Source of the DNA: Monocercomonoides exilis PA203
Lineage: Eukaryota; Protista; Preaxostyla
DNA length: 64,000 nt
NCBI GenBank assembly: GCA_001643675.2
Contig: LSRY02000004.1
Location: 1,736,001 to 1,800,000, forward strand
Direction: 5' to 3'
Each line of letters opens with the position of its first letter. Position 1 is the first letter of the stretch. Shown here in pieces: positions 43,101 through 52,326 of the stretch. The position numbers were made by a program, and so were the translations under genes. The notes under the pieces were generated by a model. That model was not told the DNA's origin, did no database searches, and was given only the letters and a program-made list of their open reading frames with translations.

Positions 43101-46100
43101 TTGTTTGTGTATTTGTGTTCAATGGGAACAAAAGTGATTGTTGATGGGAGTGGAGGAATTGGGAGGGACCACAATCATTGTGGATTTGATGGATTCAGAT
43201 GTTTGACAATTGATTATTGTGCGAACTCAAGATTGAGCAGCACTGTGAATGAAATTGAAGTTGTCACATATTCATCAATAAATGATGAAATTGCTATATC
43301 TTCACTTGATGTGAGCATTTCAGGAAGAATAACATCATTGGAAGAGGGAGAGAGAATTCTGGTGAATGTAAGTGATGGAGGATCAGACACACAAGATTGG
43401 CTTGTTGGATGTTCGACTTCACTGACAATGAGCAGACTTTCATTTGTTGTGAAAAATCAGCTGAATTCAAGGAGAAGTGCAATCATTCATTCAACATCAT
43501 CAACACTCAACATGACGAACTGTTCAGTGTCATTTGAGAGTGGGGCATTGATTGACGGAAAGATAAGATACAATGTGATAAACATTGAGGGAGGAGAACT
43601 GATTGTGAATGGATTTGTGATGGAAAGTGGAGTGACAATGAATGGAAAATCGCCAATAGTGGTCACAAATGGAGTGAAATTGGAGATTATGAACAGCCGA
43701 ATGAGTGATGTGGAAGTGAAAGGAGAAGATGGGGGATGTTTGAATGTGGAGATGGAGGATAATGGGAATGTGAAATTGGAGGAATGCAATTTGTCATCAG
43801 TGTGTTCAAACGGAAGTGGGATGAAAGGAGGAGGGATGAAGATATCAGTGGGGAAGGGAGGGATGTTGGAGATGAAAAATGTGAAGTTATCGGGATGTGT
43901 TGTTCCATCAGAGGAGAGTGATGAGGGAGGGAAAGGAATTGGAGGAGGGATGTTTGTGAAGCTGCCAGATGAGATGGGATCATTTGTGATGGAAGGAATG
44001 GAATTTGAGGGATGCGATGCCTGGAAAGGGAAGAAAATGTTTGTGTCAGGATGGGATCTGAGTGAGATTGTGGATAAGGAGCACTTGAAATGGGAGATAA
44101 AGGAAGAGGAGTTGGAATGGTTTGATGAGCTGTGTGGATGGGAGAGGAAGACGACAGGCGAGGAGGGATATGTGATTCCGCTGGTTGTGTATTTGTGGAG
44201 GAACTGGAGTGGGGATGGGTTTGTTGATGGAGAAGGAGGAGGAGACTTCAGTGGGTGTGGGTTTTGTGAAGCACCATGTTCATCGATTGATCACTTGATA
44301 TCGCTGAGATATTCGCCACTTGAGACAGAGGAAACGACGATCAGGATCAGGCGATTCTCTTGCATCAATCACACCATCTCGCTGTTGGCTCCGTCTTCAG
44401 CACCACTTCCAAGACCGAGCATGGGGATTGAGGGAGAAGAAAGAGGAACGATTGTGAGGATTGGGGAAGGGAATGCAGAAGGAGCGGAAAGAGCAGTGAT
44501 TGCATCTTGTGTGAGGCTGACGATAGAGAATGTGTCGTTTGATCTTGCAGGTGAGCTGGGGAGGCATGAGTCGCTTGTGGGATTGTTATCGTCGAGTGGA
44601 TGCCTGTCAGTTGGGCACTGCTCGTTTGTTTGTGGAAATCCATCAGCTGAAACGAAATATTGCTTGATGGAAGTTGAAGGCGGGACAGTGAGGGTTGAGG
44701 AGTGTCTTCTGGATCAGTTCATCCTGCTGGGAGGGTTCCTGAGATTTGCGGCAGGGGTTGAGGTTGTTGAAGTGGTGAATGTGTCGATTTCGAACACAAA
44801 GGCAGCGAGCTGCAGCTTGATCTCGTTGAGTGAGGCGTTGCATTGGGGCAGAGCAGGGAACGAAGAGGATGAAAAGAATGAAAAGGCAAAGACGATGCTG
44901 CGAGTGAATGGGTCATCGTTTGCAAACATCACGTGTGAAGGCAACAGATCGTGTGTGGTGTGTGTGGATTCGTTTGGAGTTGGGGTTGTGTGTGTGATGG
45001 AAGGGTGTGTGCTGACGAAGTGCATGAGCGAGAGGAGCGAAGAGGGAGGAGGGCTGAAAGTGTGCTTGAAGAGAGGAGAGTCGGAGGTGAAGGTGGGTGG
45101 GTGCTCATTCGGGATGTGTGTGTGCTCAATGCTGAAGGGAAGGGGAGGAGGACTGATGATTGATGCACTTGACCCGAAGGGCAGAGGAGCAGGTGCATTT
45201 GGGGCTCTTGGGGTGAGGCTGGAGGGGATGCGATTCATGATGAATGATGCGCATGTGGGGAAGGATGTGTTCATCCGGTGCGAGTCGATCGACTCGCAGA
45301 TCAATGAAAGGCTGTTTGTGCTGGATCTGAGCCTGGAGTCATTGAATTCGAACAACTCGATTTGTGGGAGGGATGCAATGAATGAGATTGATGTTGATCT
45401 GATTCCGCTGATCACATTCTATTATTCGGCACAGGTGTTTGTGAATGGAAGGGGGAGTGACAGCAGGCAGTGTGGAGCTCAGAGCAACCCATGTGTGAGC
45501 ATCAACTGTGGGGCTGATCACATCCAGGAAGGGGTGATGAATGCGATTCTGATTGATGGAGAAGGATTTGTGAGGAAGGAATGTGTGATTGGAAATCTGG
45601 TTGTGAGTTCATTCAAAAAGACACAGGCAATTGTGAAATTGAACTCCAAGATTGAGAAATCGGCTGAAAAGGATTGTGTGATGGAGTTTGTGAATGAATG
45701 TTCAGTGGAGAGATGCTCATTCCAATTTGAAGATGGATTTGAGTCAACACACAGCTGCAACATGAAAGTGAAAAATGGTTCAATGGAGATGAGAAATTGT
45801 GTGTTCTTCTCTTCCCCAACAACAGTTGAGGATATGAAGTTGAACAGTTCAATTGTGAGTGTGGAAAGTGGAGAGCTGAAGATATTTGATTCAGCATTCA
45901 GGGATATTTATTCAACAACAGCAGTGCTTTCATTTTGTGAAGAACAGAATGTGATTATTGATGAAACAAGAATATCGAATATCGAATGTGAGGGAGATGT
46001 TGTGAGTGTTGGAGGGAAAGCGAAAGTGGAGATGAAAGAAATGGAAGTTGAGAATGTGACTCTGTTGTTGAATGGATGTGTAATTGGGATGGATGATGCT

Positions 46101-48368
46101 GAGCAAGAAGTGAGTGTGCTGAACAGCTCATTTGGAAAGTGTGTGAATTCGGCGGATAAGGGAAGCATGATGCAGATTAAGAATTCCAAGGATGTGAGGA
46201 TTGAGATATGTGTGTTTGATGGAGAAAAAGATGTGGAGAGAATAAATGAAGAAAGTGAAAGAAATGAAGGATTGTGCAAATGGAATGGCTCGTTGGTTGA
46301 TATTGAGAAGAGCAATGTGGAGATGAGGGAAACAACAATCAGAAACGGAAAGAATGGAGGGTTGTGGGTGAGCGGAGGAAGTGTGAAGATTGAAAATGGA
46401 AAGTTTGAGAACAACAATCCATTTATTGAGGGATACCCATCAGCTCGAAGGAATGTGATCTGCACAGGGAATGGGGAATTGGATGTTGTGAGTGTGAAAG
46501 GGGGTGATGGGGCAAAAGACAATTCTTCTCTTTGGATTCTGAATGATGGATGTGATTTGAGAGGGATAGCAGGAGAAAGAGCATCACCATTCTTCATTCC
46601 AGTTCTGGACAAGGTGTCTGTGAAAGAAAAGGACAGCGATGTTGTTTTGAAATTCGAGGGATCTCTTTTTGTGCCATGTGATTTGTCATTCAGGGTTGTG
46701 TGCAAAACAGGGGATGTGGAGTTGGTTGAGACATACCCTTTTGAAGAAGATGGTTTTGCATCAGAAACGGAAGTGAATGGGGTGATTCCATCAGAAAATA
46801 TTTCAACGATCGGAGATGAAACAGAGGTGTTTGTGATGATATTGTTTGGAAAACAAAGGGCTGCGACTTCTCCGCAGATTCTGAAGAACAAAACAGAACC
46901 AAATTATCTGAATGATAAAGTGGTTGAAAGAGGAAAAGGAGTGAAATCTTATTGGTTGCTCGTTGTTATCATCCTTGTTATTTTGTTTTTGATGGTTCTT
47001 ATTGTCGCAGTTGCATTTATTGTTAGGTGGAGGAAAGTGAAGGAAAGAAATGAGGAATTGCAAGAGATTGTGAATGATACAGTGAAGAAGGATCCGAAGG
47101 CATTTGAGATGGTTACGATGGAGATGTCACCAGAGGAGCAATGGAGAAGAGCGGAGAGGGAGACTGAGAAGAAGAATGAAGAGAGGATAAAGAAGAGGGT
47201 GTACGAGAAAAGCTTGGGACACTCCGAGTCATCTGAGCATCTTCTATCTGAGAGTGGCTCAACAGAATATATTTTGGGGAGAGACTCAGACAAGATTCCT
47301 CAATGGATGCTGGAGAAGGTTGATGATGAGGAAGAGACGAGGAAAAGAACTCCATCACCATCCATCTCATCCACTTCAACCACAGACACTTCAGACACAG
47401 AATCCACATTTGTTCGATCGGAGAGTCTGTGCCCCACCACATCATCGATGTCGAATCTGGTGGATGCGATGGACTGTTCGTCTCCTCATGAGAAGCTGAT
47501 TCTTGATCTGCGAGACTCGTTCTTCATGCTGCTGCATGGGAGGAACAAGACGAAGGAGATGCCAATTGGGAGTGTGGAGGAGCGGGAGGTGACAGGAGCA
47601 CAGGTGCTGTTCTGGGTGGCGAATCTTGCTCTGCACTCGTTCGATGAGATGAGCAATCCTCTCTCGTCTCTGGAGAATCTGAGTCCGCACATTGTGCTGT
47701 TCTCGGAGCACATGGACATTGCCATTGCGCTCCACTCAGACTGCTCCTCTTCGTCAGAGGATTCGGACTCATCGTCGATCTCTTCGCTGAGCATTGTTTC
47801 GTCTTCCTCATCGAATGTTTCAGTGATGAGCGAGAGGTTCACCGACTCGCCACCGCCCTCGTCAGCGTTTGAGGACTGTGAAGACAACCGGGATGAGTGC
47901 AAGCGGTGGAAGGCGCCGGAGCTGCTGATGAACAGGAAGATGTGTGCGACAAAGCAGTCGGTTGCGTTCTCGATTGGGATGATGCTGTGGGAGTGTGTGA
48001 CGCTGGAGATCCCGTTTGGGGAGTATGAGGCGGGGATAGCAGGAGACAAGATTGTGAAGGGGGAGCGTCCTCGGCTGGATGTGGTGGAGAACACAACATA
48101 TGGGAAGCTGATTGGTGTGTGCCTTTCGCCTGGATGGGAGGGGAGGCCGATGCTGAGCGAGCTGAAAAAGGAGTTTTTTGCGCATTTTCCAGCAGAGGCG
48201 AAGATGCTCACAGTGTCAGATGCGATTGACCTGGAAGAAGAGGAAGGTGGGAAAAATGAACACAGCGGGAGAGAGGAAAGCATCATTATTGATGATGGGG
48301 ACAATGGAAATGACGTTGGGGATGGTGATGAAGGGGAAGGAGAAGACGCGAAAACAACAAGGCGGTGA
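40122..48368 (+). CDS. 2748-aa type-I membrane protein: signal peptide, Cys/Gly-rich beta-helix (pectin-lyase/Pmp-like) ectodomain, one TM helix, degenerate TKL-type kinase C-lobe
   Basis: Uninterrupted ORF with a hydrophobic N-terminus, repeated GG(A/G)(I/L/M) motifs and V.G.G.D...CG....C modules. TM is YWLLVVIILVILFLMVLIVAVAFIV; the tail has RWKAPELL, FSIGMMLWEC..LEIPF and RP.L. Confidence 0.9.
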   Translation: MHAGVSRSILVIAVAGVVCSMEWSGLREGAGVDLKEGNEGRRNENNIPAPPFPEETNGHWAGFGINKYSVRGGDAGMGGGEGFVERGVFWRKQIENGFGRMTGGRDEGGNGERHDGSLRNGQGTRKQGSAEERSAVEGQMIVKNSSVTLRRLVLISDGSENVIFARDESSVALVGCTFCQKADASAIVLSGSCASLANISQSASNSHSCRAARLFSSEQAGGSSTKFCWVSVCSSQFSSFEASAPPFLSSRFVESVSLSDLRFSNISTNPARKLPRSGCECECGCGGGCGCTTLMRDCLFSSVCDVYDGGIVPSLNNPMASLTASNTSFVGCCRTRNVEFIGSEDDKKHPGRQNETTDGQNTFTWCEWNGSKTVGGNESFDDGKSCGGAICMFNLVNVDLSVTYCVFNDCVAFSRGGGIMCYLIKSLQMENNIFNACVSKNHYGGGGVFVGGIRLCTWISRCEFMECKAQFDGAGLRLDNFSYSGSECIGTENEEGENSYLFQCNFTLCYLASTWSGGLYCRNVPVAFKMRSIRFISCSASSNGGGLFFYPNQTTIPSDGIFCFFLFFHGCKCRTTSTPYGHDAIIYEESSFFLNGNPFYECYTTNTDNQRVCYSYNYDGSGSGSFQHTEKKEWLKTGVLYRYVAADGGIEDKLCGINETNACRTVGVAVGFSTAQTSLVVTLMEGNHRKEVTSIDIGTKKISVIGKGKEKSSIGTEALSSTEALFGVTTGHLRMSHLKVDCNSNANPSPSVVVVSDGSGSLSLEDVVITTSVSSGDYVMSSSVFVVPLSQLSMADVEIKNMKVSRPVFAEPLSGGSALGERVLGNVTIRNVSRTGGNGVVLEKTVDDGETFVVSSVMIEECVCEEGNGGGIYVCLKDSGKVAVNGSCVIDGCEAKGSGESSEGRSEGRGGGIMIVIESRDGSLKIESGVEFSVETANRAKYGKDVFASCGSGVLLETKIDATSFGFFESSEIPSDVLKLSGSEDGKEDEVIPLFVYLCSMGTKVIVDGSGGIGRDHNHCGFDGFRCLTIDYCANSRLSSTVNEIEVVTYSSINDEIAISSLDVSISGRITSLEEGERILVNVSDGGSDTQDWLVGCSTSLTMSRLSFVVKNQLNSRRSAIIHSTSSTLNMTNCSVSFESGALIDGKIRYNVINIEGGELIVNGFVMESGVTMNGKSPIVVTNGVKLEIMNSRMSDVEVKGEDGGCLNVEMEDNGNVKLEECNLSSVCSNGSGMKGGGMKISVGKGGMLEMKNVKLSGCVVPSEESDEGGKGIGGGMFVKLPDEMGSFVMEGMEFEGCDAWKGKKMFVSGWDLSEIVDKEHLKWEIKEEELEWFDELCGWERKTTGEEGYVIPLVVYLWRNWSGDGFVDGEGGGDFSGCGFCEAPCSSIDHLISLRYSPLETEETTIRIRRFSCINHTISLLAPSSAPLPRPSMGIEGEERGTIVRIGEGNAEGAERAVIASCVRLTIENVSFDLAGELGRHESLVGLLSSSGCLSVGHCSFVCGNPSAETKYCLMEVEGGTVRVEECLLDQFILLGGFLRFAAGVEVVEVVNVSISNTKAASCSLISLSEALHWGRAGNEEDEKNEKAKTMLRVNGSSFANITCEGNRSCVVCVDSFGVGVVCVMEGCVLTKCMSERSEEGGGLKVCLKRGESEVKVGGCSFGMCVCSMLKGRGGGLMIDALDPKGRGAGAFGALGVRLEGMRFMMNDAHVGKDVFIRCESIDSQINERLFVLDLSLESLNSNNSICGRDAMNEIDVDLIPLITFYYSAQVFVNGRGSDSRQCGAQSNPCVSINCGADHIQEGVMNAILIDGEGFVRKECVIGNLVVSSFKKTQAIVKLNSKIEKSAEKDCVMEFVNECSVERCSFQFEDGFESTHSCNMKVKNGSMEMRNCVFFSSPTTVEDMKLNSSIVSVESGELKIFDSAFRDIYSTTAVLSFCEEQNVIIDETRISNIECEGDVVSVGGKAKVEMKEMEVENVTLLLNGCVIGMDDAEQEVSVLNSSFGKCVNSADKGSMMQIKNSKDVRIEICVFDGEKDVERINEESERNEGLCKWNGSLVDIEKSNVEMRETTIRNGKNGGLWVSGGSVKIENGKFENNNPFIEGYPSARRNVICTGNGELDVVSVKGGDGAKDNSSLWILNDGCDLRGIAGERASPFFIPVLDKVSVKEKDSDVVLKFEGSLFVPCDLSFRVVCKTGDVELVETYPFEEDGFASETEVNGVIPSENISTIGDETEVFVMILFGKQRAATSPQILKNKTEPNYLNDKVVERGKGVKSYWLLVVIILVILFLMVLIVAVAFIVRWRKVKERNEELQEIVNDTVKKDPKAFEMVTMEMSPEEQWRRAERETEKKNEERIKKRVYEKSLGHSESSEHLLSESGSTEYILGRDSDKIPQWMLEKVDDEEETRKRTPSPSISSTSTTDTSDTESTFVRSESLCPTTSSMSNLVDAMDCSSPHEKLILDLRDSFFMLLHGRNKTKEMPIGSVEEREVTGAQVLFWVANLALHSFDEMSNPLSSLENLSPHIVLFSEHMDIAIALHSDCSSSSEDSDSSSISSLSIVSSSSSNVSVMSERFTDSPPPSSAFEDCEDNRDECKRWKAPELLMNRKMCATKQSVAFSIGMMLWECVTLEIPFGEYEAGIAGDKIVKGERPRLDVVENTTYGKLIGVCLSPGWEGRPMLSELKKEFFAHFPAEAKMLTVSDAIDLEEEEGGKNEHSGREESIIIDDGDNGNDVGDGDEGEGEDAKTTRR

Positions 48369-49493
48369 TTTCTGTGATGGATGAAAAAGAAAGCAACTTG
48401 ATGCTTGTTTTGAAGAAAGATATTGTTTTTGATTTGTGAATGTTTTGTGATTTGTGTTGTGTTTATTCATTGTTATTCACAAATCAATGTTTTTCATTCA
48501 TTTTTCGTTTTTTGTTTTGAGTGTGTGTATGTATGTATTTTAACATTCAAATACTGTTTGTATAACATAGTTTTTTGCTTCTGTTTTTTGTTGAATTTGT
48601 CTTTTTTGTTTATTTTGAACAATTTATTCGTTGACAATTTCAGTTAATGAGAGCTGGTTGGAGGTTGTATCTCCAGATGTGTCATTTTTTGTGGGTGAGA
48701 ATCCTGCACCATTGCGTATGTTCTTCAGGGAATCAAAACTTGCCATTTTGCATGTTTCTGTCACTTTTTGTCACTTTTTTAGTTTTGTGAATCAACCAAC
48801 ACCTTTCAATTTTTTGTGTGATTAGAAGATGCCAAGGAGGATGATATGACTTTGATTTTTTCTTTTTTTTTCTGAGAAATGTTTGACTGGCAACGAAATC
48901 GAAAAGTTCTCTCCAAATCAACATGTTCACTGAGAACAATGAATGGGCATTGAGTCGAATATCTTCTGTCAAAATGTCCAAAATATGCTCAATTTTCTGC
49001 TCGGTTGTCAAGTTTTTCTTATGTTGAACAAAAAATGATTGACTTATCCTTCTGTGATCGTTAATATCTATTGAAACACAAAGAAAACCGAAAAAAAGAA
49101 ACATTAGTTTTCAGTCTTTGTATTGTTCCAATTCTTATTCATTTGTTTTGGAAAAAGGAAAGAATGGTTTTTCATAAATGAAACGAATTGTGTGTGGAGC
49201 AAAACAATTTAGAATCAATATGTTGGAGATCATTTTTGAACTCACAATGAACTGAGGCTGTTGATGACTTCAAAAATCCTTTTCCATGAAGATGTTTCTC
49301 GAAACATTTATGTTAGAAATGTTCTCGTTTTCACTATCACAAATCAGTTTATGAAAAGAAAAATATACACTTTAAAAAGTTCTTTTTCTCTTTTGGAATG
49401 AGCATTTTTGAAATAGTATTCATAATTAATTTTAAAAGCTATTAACAAGTTGAAAGAAATCTTTGAAAGTTATGTTCATTCATTCAAACATTT

Positions 49494-50879
49494 GGTATAA
49501 GTGCACGATATGGGATTTTTCAAAACTCCTTAAAACATATTAATTTGTAATTAACATGATTACTAATCATCATTATTCATATTAAAAATTATCGGAAATG
49601 TGTGTGGATGAAAAATGAAAAATATAAAAAAAATAAAAAAAAATTTGTTATTGGTTCATAATCTGAAGTTTTTTCTTCTTATGTCTCGAGACCTGACGAT
49701 TCTTCCTTAGTTTCTTCATCTCCCAAAATATCTTCAACATGAGGGATTTCTGAATCTTCAACTTCGACTTCCTCTTCCGCAAGATCTTCTGCTGGCTTTT
49801 CCATAGCTTTATTCTTAACGATAGTAGGTGAAATATCTTGAAAAATAAATTTCAAAGAAGTTTTTACCAGTAACATAGCTAAATAATCTACAACCAACGA
49901 TTTTTTCACCACAGTTAGAGGAAATGATTTGCACAATGTTCTTCACTAGCTCAAGGAAGTATTAGTGCATGCGCCTGTAATATTATCAACAAAATTTCTT
50001 TTATGGCAAACAGTTTTATGAGTTTTATCAAATTGATTCAAAGTGCAGAATGCTTTCTCCTTGTCGCTCATAATTGTTGTTCGAAGCCGAGTTGTTTCTA
50101 TTTGATTGGAAGAAGAGTTCATCTCTTTCTGAAAGGCGCAACTTTCACAAAACGAGTACCAGCTCCACTTTCCTTCAACCTCTCAACCCCACCAAATATC
50201 TAAATTTGTTCCTTTCTTCTTACCATCTTATATTTTCTTCTCCTCCACACAGCCTCATCAATTTCAACCACTTTTCCTTCTCCTCCTATAGGGTTTTGAT
50301 GCAAATTCCAAATTTCCATGTGGGAAACTCTGACTATGCAACACCTAAATCCAACAGTTTTTCAATCCACTCCCAGCATTTTCGAAATGAACTTTATTTT
50401 TGTGCATCCCCAATAATACAAAATGGTTCTAAAAATCTTTTCCAACCCTAATTTATTCCCAGAGAAAACTGTTTCATCATAAACAGATTTCTATCTATTA
50501 CATTTTGAAAAGCACAAATATCTGCAAAACTTTTTTCTTTCAAGAATAATCATTTTTCTTCTGCAAAGGATGCAAATTTTCGCTTCGTTTTTCAGAACAT
50601 TCTCGTAAAACCACCTCCACGCTCCGTCTTCGTCTGTGAAAACAATATCCAACTGATGAGGCTTAATTATCTGAAGATCCAGCATTGCCATTTCAATAAG
50701 TCAATTTTTATCACAACCCATAACAACAAAAAATTGACATTTTTAAAAAAATATTTGAAAGTTTTAATTATGGATTTCCGATGATTATAAACATGAATAA
50801 TGATGATTTATTATCATATTAATTATATAAAAATATGATTCAAGAAGTTATGAAAACTCCCATATCATTCCCATATGCC
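49494..50879 (-). mobile_element. Merlin DNA transposon, mirror copy (1386 bp)
   Basis: Reverse complement of 17653-19038 with the same TIRs, TSD and flanks. Confidence 0.85.
49679..50691 (-). pseudogene. Merlin/ISXO2-like transposase pseudogene, mirror copy
   Basis: Same motifs and shared stops as 17841-18853, with a few substitutions. Confidence 0.85.
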
Positions 50880-51200
50880 AAACATTCATGCATTCACACA
50901 GGTGTGAATTATTTTATTCTTGAAATCATATTTTTTGAATCAAAATTTTCTGTGCGAAAATATGACATGAATATTCGTTATTGAACTCAGAATTGACAAG
51001 ATTAGAATGACAGATAACTTTGTTATCTATTCATCACAAATAATAACTTTTGAAACAATTGTTACACATGAAACAGTTGATTGAATTATCTCGTGAATGA
51101 TGAAAAACAATTCAATTATTAACACAACGAAAAAAGATATTATTTCTAATATAATTATTACCAACCACACATTTTCACACGCACACATACATTTTGAACA

Positions 51201-51455
51201 GGGTGATTATTTTTGAAAACATATTTTTTCAATCATAATTCAAGGTTCAAAAATATATCTTGAATATTTTTAAATAAAAATTGAAAAGTGAAAAGGCTTA
51301 TTTGAGACATTTTTATTTTTAATTCTGTTTCAACATTTGTTTTCAAAACAATTGTTAGGAATTTTTTCATTTGAATACATAACTCTCCCCAAATACAAAC
51401 AACCTTTTAAAAAACAACACCCAGAAACAAGATACAATTTCAAAAATTATCACTC
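51201..51455. mobile_element. MITE-like element, second copy (inner part identical to the left copy, outer part diverged)
   Basis: GGGTGATTATTTTTGAAAACATAT at 51201; degenerate TIR ...CCCAGAAACAAGATACAATTTCAAAAATTATCACTC ending at 51455. Confidence 0.5.
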
Positions 51456-52326
51456 ATCTACATGGGACAAAATATGTTGCTTTATGAATTTTGTTCCATT
51501 CTTCTCAAACAAATATTTTTCTCAATTAAAAAATGTTTCTGTAATTATTTGCATTGATATGGTTGATTTATAATGAAATGATTGGAGAAAAAGTTTGGAA
51601 CAAATCTCAGTTTTTTTCATAAATGAAAGAATTCTGTCCCATATTTTTCTTTTCAATGTTTAATCCTTTCTTTATTATTTCAATTCTTAATCTTTTATTC
51701 GTGAAAAATATCATTCATATTAAAAAAGAAAAGATTTATTTGAATCACATAAAACAAAATGGAAATATCATGAGAAAATGAAAAAAAAAGACCAAATTTG
51801 CAACAAATAAATTTATAGAAAAATGGAGTTCTTTTTTATTAAAAAATTTCTGATTTAACATACACATGCATATTGTCATTCTTAAATTTTCTAATTGAAA
51901 CAAATGCAACTAAAATGAAAAAAAATCGAAAACACGAACCATTCAATTTTCACACATTAAAAAATTCTTTCAGACGTACTCAGTATATGTGCTCCGTCCT
52001 CCAATAATTGTGAGACTTTTATAATTGAATGTCAAAAGATCAGTTTTACCTTAAGAAATTAATATTGATTTCTTTTTTTCTTTATATTCGCACAAAGACT
52101 TTGCTCAGTTGATTATTTTAGCATTCAAAAATAATAAAAACTTCATCATTTTAGAATTAAAAACAAAAGAGGGCTTTATTTTTTTATTTTTCAAGTGATT
52201 CTTGCAACAGTCATTTACTGTTTTCAACGCAGGTACAGTTGAAACAAACCTCACGTTTTTTTGTAAAAAGTGAATGACTCATTAGGGGTAAACTGACAAA
52301 AGAATTTTCAACAGATTCGATTGTTA

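Larger units (their letters stand above)
38111..51302. repeat. Right arm (~13.2 kb) of the giant inverted duplication
   Basis: Reverse complement of 17230-30420. Confidence 0.97.

Noticed and set aside
20181-48304. Many antisense/overlapping ORFs within the giant genes
   Set aside because: Shadow ORFs caused by the strong G/A-rich codon bias of the sense strand
17653-50879. Composite transposon bounded by two inverted Merlin copies
   Set aside because: Arm identity extends ~420 bp beyond the Merlin ends, and both copies have the same TSD, flanks and stops, so they were duplicated passively
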